Positions 49,536 to 57,595 of a DNA stretch of 64,000 nt are shown here, piece by piece. The notes below the pieces were generated by a model, which saw only the letters and a program-made list of their open reading frames with translations, made no database searches and was not told the DNA's origin. The DNA is from an uncultured cyanobacterium. GTDB lineage: Bacteria > Cyanobacteriota > Cyanobacteriia > PCC-9006 > JAAUQQ01. The translations under genes and the position numbers were made by a program. Where the stretch lies: assembly GCA_963718615.1 (NCBI GenBank), contig OY970368.1, positions 2,336,001 to 2,400,000 on the forward strand. The letters run 5' to 3'. Each line of letters begins with the position of its first letter. Position 1 is the first letter of the stretch.

Positions 49536-51110
49536 GTGAATCAACCTCCATCGGTCGTCTCCCAGTCCGCTACCGCCTCGTCCGCTATCGACCCCTCTGT
49601 TCTTTCCCCATCTGTTCTTTCCCCATCCGTGCTCCCCCAGACCGTTGCCGCTGCTGCTAACAAGCCTGAGTCGGCCCGCAACGTTCTCCAGATTTTGCCC
49701 GACAGCTTCGAGATCCCCGAGCATTTCTATCCCCGCGTGCTCAATGCCCAAATTCACCCCATGGTGCAGCATTTTCTAAGCCTGGGGAATGAACGGATTG
49801 CCGAGCGCTATATTCATCTGCACCCGGAGGTGCAGCCCGAGGCGGTCCACCAAGCCTTGGCCCATAGGACCGAACATTTTCTCTGGGGAGGGGCCGACCT
49901 TTTTCCCGCCACGACCGATCAAGGGGTGCGCCGCATCATTGTGATTGAGACCAACTCCTGTCCTTCGGGGCAAAAATCCATGCCCTTTGGCAGCGATGCT
50001 CCGGAGAAAAATGGCTACCGAACGCTGCTTCAAAATACATTTTTACCGCTGATTAAGCGTCGCCGTTTGCCCGCTGGAGACTTGGCTGTTCTCTACGACA
50101 AAAACGAAATGGAAACCTCAGGCTATGCGGCCATGCTGGCGGAGGTCACAGGGGAGCCGGTGTGGTGGGTACCCTGCTTTCAAAATGACTCGGATTTACC
50201 CATCCGCTTTACGGAGGATCGGGTTTTAGAAATTCGGACGCCCGACGGCGACTGGCGACCGATTCGCGCTGCCCTGCGTTATGTGACGCAACGTCCCTGG
50301 AGCCGGATTCCGCCCTTGACGCGCACGGCCATTCTTAATCCAGTTCTAGCCTGCCTAACCGGTGGGCGCAATAAGCTGATGGCGGCCAAGGCGTACGATT
50401 TTTATAATGCTGAAATTCAGTCCACGGGCTTGACCATTCGGACACCGGAGACCATCTGGGATGTCTCGAAAAATGAAGTCCCGTTGTGGGTACATCGCAT
50501 GGGTGGAATTGCCGTGGTCAAAGACCCCTACAGCAATGCAGGGCAGGGCGTTTATACGATTACAAATGAGCAGGAACTGGCGGATTTCATGGCCTTGGAG
50601 TTTCGGTTCGATCGCTTTATCGTCCAAAGTTTGGTGGGCAACTCAGGCTGGAGCTCCCAAACCACTCAGGGAAGATTTTACCATTTGGGCACGCTGCCCA
50701 ACCGCCGCAATGCGATCTATATTGCCGATTTGCGCATGATGGTGGGGGTGGGTGACGCTGGATTTTATCCTGTGGCGATCTATGCCCGTCGTGCCCGTAA
50801 ACCGCTCCAGGCCCACCTCGATGGCACGGTGCCCTCCTGGGATATGCTCGGAACCAATTTGTCGGTTCGCAAGGATAATGGATCGTGGGATAGTGAATCG
50901 GAGCGGTTATTGTTGATGGATAGTCGTGATTTCAATCAGTTGGGCATTGGTTTAGATGACTTAATTGAAGGCTATTTACAAACTGTTTTAGCGGTTACAG
51001 CAATTGATAAGATGGCTCAACAACTGGTTACTCAAAAGGGTAGTTTTCGGCGACGATTGTTTCGATCGCTCAATCCCGATCCAGCATTGGTAGATGATAT
51101 TTATAGCTAG
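49536..51110 (+). CDS. Circularly permuted ATP-grasp-like ligase of unknown substrate
   Basis: GADLF...IETNSCPSG near the N-terminus, then GRNK, VVKDPYSNAGQGV, FIVQ, DLRMMV. Confidence 0.65.
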   Translation: MNQPPSVVSQSATASSAIDPSVLSPSVLSPSVLPQTVAAAANKPESARNVLQILPDSFEIPEHFYPRVLNAQIHPMVQHFLSLGNERIAERYIHLHPEVQPEAVHQALAHRTEHFLWGGADLFPATTDQGVRRIIVIETNSCPSGQKSMPFGSDAPEKNGYRTLLQNTFLPLIKRRRLPAGDLAVLYDKNEMETSGYAAMLAEVTGEPVWWVPCFQNDSDLPIRFTEDRVLEIRTPDGDWRPIRAALRYVTQRPWSRIPPLTRTAILNPVLACLTGGRNKLMAAKAYDFYNAEIQSTGLTIRTPETIWDVSKNEVPLWVHRMGGIAVVKDPYSNAGQGVYTITNEQELADFMALEFRFDRFIVQSLVGNSGWSSQTTQGRFYHLGTLPNRRNAIYIADLRMMVGVGDAGFYPVAIYARRARKPLQAHLDGTVPSWDMLGTNLSVRKDNGSWDSESERLLLMDSRDFNQLGIGLDDLIEGYLQTVLAVTAIDKMAQQLVTQKGSFRRRLFRSLNPDPALVDDIYS

Positions 51111-51121
51111 CTAGACTTCCA

Positions 51122-51173
51122 TGGGATGGCGGCATGGGATGGCGGCTTGGGATGACGGCTTGGGATGGCGGCT
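51122..51173. repeat. 13-bp tandem repeat TGGGATGGCGGCT x4
   Basis: Copies at 51122, 51135, 51148 and 51161, between convergent genes. Confidence 0.9.
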
Positions 51174-51825
51174 ATCTTGTCCAAGCTCGAATGGCTTGGG
51201 GAACCGGCAAGCCAGCCTGTAGCCGCTCATCGGGAATTGGGTCATTTGCCATGCAGTGCAACGGCAAAACTCCCGCCCAAATCGGTAACGCATAATCGGC
51301 TTCATCATCAATGGGGGGGCCAGTACGAACCTTGGCTGAGGCTTCATGGAGCGGTAAGGCTAATACCAGAGTGCCTGTGATTTCTGCTTTAGTCACGGGG
51401 CGCAGATCATCCCAGCGATCGCCCACCACCTGATTGGTAAAGGCTCGCAGGGCTACTTCTTTCTGCTCAAATTCCGTCACTAATTCCGCCTGCCCAAAAA
51501 TCACCACCGAGCGATAGTTCATGGAATGGTGAAACGCGGAACGGGCCAATACCAAACCATCGAGCAAGGTTACGGTGACACAAACTTCAAGGCCCTGCTG
51601 GAGAGATTTGAGCATACGGCTAGCGGGAGAGCCGTGGAGATAGAGGCGATCGCCCACCCGCCCAAAGGCCGTTGGAATGACAAAGGGTTGACCCTCTATG
51701 GCAAACCCAATATGACAGATTAAGGCTTCATCTAAAATGCTGTAAATCAGGTCGCGATCGTAATGACCTCGTTGGGGCAATCGTTTAATTTTTGTCCGTG
51801 AAGTCGGTTCTAGAGAATCCATCAA
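51172..51825 (-). CDS. Pyridoxamine 5'-phosphate oxidase-like flavin-binding protein
   Basis: PFVIPT, YLHGS, DGLVLARSAFHHSMNYRSVV, ASAKVRTGPP, WAGVLP. Confidence 0.92.
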   Translation of the reverse strand: MMDSLEPTSRTKIKRLPQRGHYDRDLIYSILDEALICHIGFAIEGQPFVIPTAFGRVGDRLYLHGSPASRMLKSLQQGLEVCVTVTLLDGLVLARSAFHHSMNYRSVVIFGQAELVTEFEQKEVALRAFTNQVVGDRWDDLRPVTKAEITGTLVLALPLHEASAKVRTGPPIDDEADYALPIWAGVLPLHCMANDPIPDERLQAGLPVPQAIRAWTR

Positions 51826-51884
51826 TCACCTCATTTTAAAACACAGGATCAGGTCGGTACATTGCACCGCAATGTCTCGTCTCG

Positions 51885-51941
51885 TCAAAGGTCCACCGTC
51901 ATGGCATTGCTGGGTTGAAGTCCTAGGGTTTCATAGAGCAA
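51885..51941 (-). pseudogene. C-terminal remnant of a GNAT acetyltransferase
   Basis: LLYETLGLQPSNAMTVDL* resembles the LYxxLGF.P.NEM..L GNAT C-terminus. Confidence 0.45.
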
Positions 51942-51962
51942 TAGAGATACGGTAGGCTGAAA

Positions 51963-52009
51963 ATTGGCTGATCACAAGAGCCAATGTTTGATTTTTAGAC
52001 CAGGCCAAT
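51963..52009. promoter_or_regulatory. Putative MocR/PdxR-type operator
   Basis: ATTGGCT-N9-AGCCAAT inverted repeat plus a downstream direct copy GGCCAAT. Confidence 0.5.
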
Positions 52010-52012
52010 TTT

Positions 52013-52072
52013 ATGGACCTCGCCCTTAGCCTCGATCCTCAAACCTCTAAGGCCCTTTACCCCCTAATCTAG
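52013..52072 (+). pseudogene. N-terminal remnant of a MocR/GntR regulator
   Basis: MDLALSLDPQTSKALYPLI* resembles MocR N-termini; divergent from the PNPOx-like gene. Confidence 0.5.
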
Positions 52073-52172
52073 CCAGCGATCGCCCCCCCTGACAGCCACC
52101 GCTCAATTTCAGAAAATGAGCCCTGGAGAGTATCGTTGCATATCCAAGTTCAACGAAGGGTGAGGGAGCGTT

Positions 52173-53558
52173 ATGGGGTGTTGGGGACAAGAAACACTAG
52201 GGGTTTTGTGCGTCGGCTTGGGAGGGTTAGGTCTGCCGGGGCTGAACGTTGCGATCGCGCAAACGCCACCGCAAACATCACCGCAAACATCACCGCAACG
52301 AATCTCCAAAGTCACTTCAGTTCTCTCCGTCCCCTCGCCAGCCAAGGGCCTTGCCCTCGAAGCCCAGGGTCAAAGGTTGTATGAGCGACGAGAATTTCAG
52401 GCAGCGGCGATCGCCTGGACCCAGGCAGCCCAAACCCACGCGGCCCAGCGTCAAGATGTAGCACAAATTCGCAGTTTGAGTTTAGCCTCGTTGGCCTATC
52501 AACAACAGGGGGATTGGGGGGCGGCTCAGGAGGCGATCGCCACGGCGCTCTCGCTGCTGGCACTTCAGCCCCAGTCTGAGGCGCTATCCAATGTTCAAAC
52601 CCAAGCGGGGCTGATCAACGGAACGCTGCACTTCACCCGAGGAGAATGGGCACAGGCGCGTCAAGCCTGGGGACAAGTGGTTCAGCAGGCTCAATCCTCA
52701 ACAAATCCCACCCCAACAGATCCCACTCCGTTAGTTTTGGGACAACTGAATCTGGCCTTGGTGGACGATGCCCAAGACAAAACCCTAGTCGGTTTAGCGC
52801 GTTTAGAAGATCTCAAAAAGCTGTTGCAAAAACAACCTGAGACACCCCAGACCCAAGTCCTACAAGCTGCCCTCTTCAAAACCGAAGGGGATTTGCTTAG
52901 CCATTTGGGTCGATGGACAGAGGCCCAAGCCCGTTGGGAAGCGGCGTTGGCGATCGCCCAAAGTCCCAATCTCCAAACCCCAAACCTTCAAACCCCAAAT
53001 CTCCAAACCCTCACCGGATCCCTCTGGCTCAGCCTCGGCCAAGCCGCGCGCCAGCAAAATAACCTAAGCCAAGCCCAGCATGCCTATGGGCAAGCCAGTC
53101 AAAACGCTGATCCCACCCTACAAATTTTGACCCAACTGGCTCAGCTTGAGCTGGCCCTTCAGCCAGGAGCAAACGCTGCTGCCCTGCCCCACTGGCCACA
53201 GCTTCAGGCCTCTCTAGCGAAGCAACCCGCTCAGCCGCTCACCCTTTGGAGTCACTTGCGGCTCATTGAACTCCTCCAGCAAGCCAATATTCAGGAACCA
53301 CTGACGACCTTGGCCCACCGAGCCGTGCAGCAAGCCTATGCCCTGGGAGACTCCCAGGCGATCGCCCAATCCCTTCGCAGTCTCGGACAGGTCTATGCCC
53401 TTCAGGGACAGCCGGAACGGGCCGAAAGTTTGTATCAAGAAGCCCAAATGCTGATTCAGCCAGACTTATCCTCCCCTCAGTCTGGGTCTTTGGGGGTGGT
53501 TGAGCTGCGATCGCCCCTTTCCCCTTGGTCCACTGCGATCCTCCCCTCGTCCCCCTAA
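52173..53558 (+). CDS. Exported TPR protein resembling the N-terminal region of CHAT proteins, no CHAT domain
   Basis: Signal peptide ending AIA-Q; QGQRLY...FQAAAIAW..AA, TPRs, LGDSQAIAQSLRSLGQVY; ends without HxxxHG/LSAC. Confidence 0.75.
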   Translation: MGCWGQETLGVLCVGLGGLGLPGLNVAIAQTPPQTSPQTSPQRISKVTSVLSVPSPAKGLALEAQGQRLYERREFQAAAIAWTQAAQTHAAQRQDVAQIRSLSLASLAYQQQGDWGAAQEAIATALSLLALQPQSEALSNVQTQAGLINGTLHFTRGEWAQARQAWGQVVQQAQSSTNPTPTDPTPLVLGQLNLALVDDAQDKTLVGLARLEDLKKLLQKQPETPQTQVLQAALFKTEGDLLSHLGRWTEAQARWEAALAIAQSPNLQTPNLQTPNLQTLTGSLWLSLGQAARQQNNLSQAQHAYGQASQNADPTLQILTQLAQLELALQPGANAAALPHWPQLQASLAKQPAQPLTLWSHLRLIELLQQANIQEPLTTLAHRAVQQAYALGDSQAIAQSLRSLGQVYALQGQPERAESLYQEAQMLIQPDLSSPQSGSLGVVELRSPLSPWSTAILPSSP

Positions 53559-53636
53559 ATTCCTTCTCCAACCTAAATTCCCTTCCCCACGCTGGGCATT
53601 CTAGGGGCCAAGACATCTGGCTTCCTGGGATAATCC

Positions 53637-56279
53637 ATGCTTCCCGCTCGCATTAAACAGTATTGGCATCATTGGCAGCATGATCGCTGGCCCTGGGGGC
53701 GGACTCAGCGGTCCTATTCCCTCAGCCTATTGCGGCAGCAGCCGTTCTGGCTGGGGAGCCTGGTGGCTACTGCAACGCTGTTAGGGATCTCGATGATGGG
53801 AGGACTAGAACAGCTAGAGTTGCAGACCTATGATGTTTGGGTTCGACTACAACCAGACCTCCCCCCTGATCCCCGGCTTCTGGTCGTAGAAGTTACGGAA
53901 GCAGATATTCGTCAGCAAAATCAATGGCCCCTCTCGGATGAGACCTTAGCCCAGGTTCTGGCCAAGCTCCAAACCCATCACCCCTTGAGTATTGGGTTAG
54001 ACCTCTACCGGGATATTGACTATCCCCCCGGAGAAAAACAGCTTAAGGCCCAGCTCCAAAAATCCAATGTCTTTGGAATTGAGTTTTTTGGTGATTTAGA
54101 AACCACCAATGTCCCCGCCCCAGCCACCATGGCACCCGAGCAAATTGGCTTTAATGATCTCTCAATTGATCAAGATGGCGTCGCCCGCCGACAATTGCTG
54201 TTTGTGGCGCTGGGAGACGAAGTTTATTATTCCCTCTCTCTGCGATTGGCCCTCCATGCCCTCGCCCAAGATCCCTCAGCCTTGCATCAACCGTTGTTTG
54301 AGCCCATGCCCTCAGGATTAGTGATTGGGGGCAAACGGTTTCCCGTGATCACGCCCCAAGCCGGAGGCTACCAAAATGCGGATAGTACCGGTTATCAAAC
54401 GCTGCTGCGCTATCGTTCTCAGCGGCCTGCGACCCGCCGGGTTACCCTGAGCGATTTGCTCAGCGATCGGGTCAATCCTGAATGGGTCAAAGATAAAATT
54501 GTGTTGATTGGCGTAACTGCACCGAGTCTTAAAGACCTATTACCAACCCCTTATAGCGCTTCCATTCAAGACAGCAACTACCTCATGCCTGGGGTAGAAG
54601 TCCATGCCCAAATGCTCAGCCAAATTTTGAGCGTAGTAGCCGGTGAGCGATCGCTCCTCCAGTTTTGGCCAGAACCTCTAGAATGGGCTTGGATTTGGCT
54701 CTGGGCCATGCTAGGAGGCTGGGTTGGCTGGCGTTTTAAGCATCCGCTCAGTGTTGGTGCAGCGGGTTTTGCGGGACTATTGTTGTTAGGAGGTGGAACG
54801 GTATTGCTGTTTGCCAGCAGTATTTGGATTCCAGGAACACAACCGGCGATCGCATTTCTCTTTAATCTATTTGTCTTAGTCACCTATCGAGGATTCTATA
54901 CCACCTTTCACGATCCATTGACGGGTTTGCCCAATCAACTGATGTTTTTGCGCTATTTGCGGCAGACACTTAAACGTCAGCAAACCGCCAATTCTTCAAC
55001 CAGTCCTTCAACCTCTGCCATGGGTCCCGCAAAGTTAGCCGTTCTTTTTTTAGATCTGGATCGATTTCAAGTGATCAACGAGCGATTTGGTCATCAAATG
55101 GGAGATCAGGTGTTGTTAACGATTACCCATCGGCTCAAACGGGAAAATCCCAATCAGTATCGATTGGCGCGATTGGGGGGGGATGAATTTGCGCTCTTGC
55201 TGGATGGGATGAGTAGTTCTCAAGAGGCGTGCGATTTTGTGGATCATTTGCAAAAACAGCTCAGCCAACCGATCGCCATCGGCAATGAACAAATTGTGGC
55301 TACAGCGAGCGTTGGCATTGCCCTAGGACAAAGCGATTATACCTACGAACCCGAAGGGCTGCTGCGAGATGCCCATACCGCTACCTATCGCGCCAAGTCC
55401 CTGGGCAAAGCCCGGTACGAAGTCTTTTCGACCGGTATGCGAGCCCAGGTGGTCAATCGGTTTCAAATCGAGACTGACCTTTATAAAGTGCTGGAACGCC
55501 AAGAACTTTTTTTAGAATATCAACCGCTGGTTTGTTTAACGACCGGAACAATTGCGGGGTTTGAAGCCTTGGTTCGCTGGAACCATCCTGAACGGGGTCG
55601 AATCCCCCCTGGTGAGTTTATTCCAGTTGCTGAAGAAACCAATTTTATTATTCCGATGGGGCAATGGATTTTGGCTACAGCCTGCCATCAGGCTCAGGTT
55701 TGGCAACAACAATTTCCCCGATGTAAGTCTCTGATCATGAGTGTCAATCTCTCCCCTCAACAATTCAAACAAGCCAATTTAGTTCATCAGATTCGAGAGA
55801 TTCTACTGGATTCAAAATTAGAAGGTCGCTGTCTCAAACTAGAACTGACCGAGAGTATGGTGATGGGCGATGTCGATGCCGCAATCCAAGTTTTGCTCAA
55901 GCTCAAAGCGCTTCAAATCAAACTGGGCCTTGATGATTTTGGCACAGGCTACTCCTCCCTCAGCTATTTACATCGATTTCCCCTCGATACGCTCAAAATC
56001 GATCGCTCCTTTGTGATGCAAATGGAAGAAGCCAGCGAAAATCGAGAAATCGTCAAAACCATCGTAGCCTTGGGCCACAATCTAGGAATGGATATCATTG
56101 CCGAAGGGGTTGAAACCGAAGTACAAGCCCGAAGTCTACAAGGCTTAAACTGCGAATATGGCCAAGGCTATTTTTTCGCCCATCCACTTTCTGCGGCTGA
56201 CGCAACTGCTGCGCTCGCTCAAGAGCAACTCTGGCCCACAAAACTAGAGCCCACAGACTCGATTGAACTGATTAATTAA
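53637..56279 (+). CDS. CHASE2-GGDEF-EAL c-di-GMP enzyme
   Basis: WPLSDETLA, IGLDLYRD, DQDGVARR, KIVLIG, PGVEVHAQ (CHASE2); 3 TM; RLGGDEF; EALVRW, DDFGTGYSS. Confidence 0.95.
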   Translation: MLPARIKQYWHHWQHDRWPWGRTQRSYSLSLLRQQPFWLGSLVATATLLGISMMGGLEQLELQTYDVWVRLQPDLPPDPRLLVVEVTEADIRQQNQWPLSDETLAQVLAKLQTHHPLSIGLDLYRDIDYPPGEKQLKAQLQKSNVFGIEFFGDLETTNVPAPATMAPEQIGFNDLSIDQDGVARRQLLFVALGDEVYYSLSLRLALHALAQDPSALHQPLFEPMPSGLVIGGKRFPVITPQAGGYQNADSTGYQTLLRYRSQRPATRRVTLSDLLSDRVNPEWVKDKIVLIGVTAPSLKDLLPTPYSASIQDSNYLMPGVEVHAQMLSQILSVVAGERSLLQFWPEPLEWAWIWLWAMLGGWVGWRFKHPLSVGAAGFAGLLLLGGGTVLLFASSIWIPGTQPAIAFLFNLFVLVTYRGFYTTFHDPLTGLPNQLMFLRYLRQTLKRQQTANSSTSPSTSAMGPAKLAVLFLDLDRFQVINERFGHQMGDQVLLTITHRLKRENPNQYRLARLGGDEFALLLDGMSSSQEACDFVDHLQKQLSQPIAIGNEQIVATASVGIALGQSDYTYEPEGLLRDAHTATYRAKSLGKARYEVFSTGMRAQVVNRFQIETDLYKVLERQELFLEYQPLVCLTTGTIAGFEALVRWNHPERGRIPPGEFIPVAEETNFIIPMGQWILATACHQAQVWQQQFPRCKSLIMSVNLSPQQFKQANLVHQIREILLDSKLEGRCLKLELTESMVMGDVDAAIQVLLKLKALQIKLGLDDFGTGYSSLSYLHRFPLDTLKIDRSFVMQMEEASENREIVKTIVALGHNLGMDIIAEGVETEVQARSLQGLNCEYGQGYFFAHPLSAADATAALAQEQLWPTKLEPTDSIELIN

Positions 56280-56333
56280 CCCATTAACCCATTCGCTAAC
56301 TAACGCTAACTAACGCATTAACCGATTCGCTAA

Positions 56334-57176
56334 TTAGTAAGACTGAGAGGTTTTAGATGGATGTATCGTTGCCTGTTTTAGGAGCTCACCTTGGGCCAGG
56401 GGCTGACTCTGGAGTTCACTTAAATCTAGGCTTTGGAGGAGTGCTGCCCAAGCCTGTTGAATCTGACCGGAGGGAACCGTAGAGCTGGAGTCCTGTAATT
56501 CTGTGTAAAGTGTCTGAGCCGCTGCTTGCCATAGCCCAAGCTCCTGGTATTGTTGGGCTCGCTGTAGCGGGTTCCCTGTTGTCAGCGGAGCATCGATTCG
56601 CCGTAGGGTGCCCCACTCGTAGCGATCGCTCGACCGATCCACCGCACTGGAAATCACAGAAAGCTGCCAGGTATAGTCCTCATTCATCCGCAAAGACTGA
56701 CCGCTGAGCGGCGAATTTAGTTCAAGCTGGAAGATCCCAGACCGATCCGGTACTTGAAAAAACTTCTCGTAGACTAACTGCCCTGCCGAATCCTCAACCA
56801 ATAATTCAATTGTCCGAGAAATGGCTGCTTCTGGCGATGCCTGTCCCAGATAAACCAACAGACTGGGCCGCTCCGAGAGCACCAGCCAAGGGGTCTGGGT
56901 AGGCGCTAGAACCACCAGTTCGCCAGGGCCTGAATCACTGCGGGTTGCAGCAGCACTTCGACGTCCCGGTAAGCCTTGTCGAAGGGTGGCGGCTTGCAAC
57001 ACATTGCCCCGCGTAGTCGATCTGGTCTGGGAAGAACTGGCTTGGGAAACAGGTGTTGGTGTCGCTGAACGATGGGTTTCGGCCTGAGCTATGCCCGCTT
57101 GTAGCAGACTTAGGCATAATCCCAGACTAGAACAGAGCAAAATGCGGTTCAAAGTGCGGTGGAGGAAAGGATTCAT
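56334..57176 (-). CDS. DUF928 domain exported protein
   Basis: Signal peptide (AQA); PGRRSAAATR, ERPSLLVY, YTW, YQELGLWQ, WAALLQSLDL. Confidence 0.85.
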   Translation of the reverse strand: MNPFLHRTLNRILLCSSLGLCLSLLQAGIAQAETHRSATPTPVSQASSSQTRSTTRGNVLQAATLRQGLPGRRSAAATRSDSGPGELVVLAPTQTPWLVLSERPSLLVYLGQASPEAAISRTIELLVEDSAGQLVYEKFFQVPDRSGIFQLELNSPLSGQSLRMNEDYTWQLSVISSAVDRSSDRYEWGTLRRIDAPLTTGNPLQRAQQYQELGLWQAAAQTLYTELQDSSSTVPSGQIQQAWAALLQSLDLSELQSQPLAQGELLKQATIHPSKTSQSY

Positions 57177-57380
57177 GGCAACTCTAGGGTGGACCAGAAC
57201 TTATAGTTCATTGTGATTTCTCAGCTCTGGCAAAAAAACCGCAGATTTATCCGGTGGCGATCGCCCGATTTGTGAAGCCTCACCACTGTCTTCCGTGGAA
57301 TCGCACAAGCGGTCTAGGCAAAAGCAACTATCTTTACCCTTTTTGGGGACAGCAACTAGGTTTGGATTCAAGCCATTCAA

Positions 57381-57470
57381 ACCATGAGCTGTAAAACCGT
57401 GAGCTGTAAAACCGTGAGCTGTAAAACCGTGAGCTGTAAAACCATGATCTGCAAAACGCTTATCTGTAAA
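57381..57470. repeat. 15-bp tandem array ACCGTGAGCTGTAAA x6
   Basis: Copies at 57381, 57396, 57411, 57426, 57441 and 57456; the last two are degenerate. Confidence 0.92.
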
Positions 57471-57595
57471 ACTGCTTCCCAGAACGGGAATTCTATCTAT
57501 TAAGGTATCAGGGGAAATTTCAGGGGAATTTCAGGATTAATCGAGAATGTTCTACCAGGGCGGCTCCCTTTGGAGGTCAAACCCTCATTGCTCTG

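Noticed and set aside
49461-51172. Microviridin/graspetide RiPP cluster
   Set aside because: No precursor ORF or PFFARFL-type leader is visible, and the motif order is permuted unlike MvdC/D.
57381-57470. CRISPR array
   Set aside because: Units are contiguous 15-mers with no unique spacers, and no cas genes are present.
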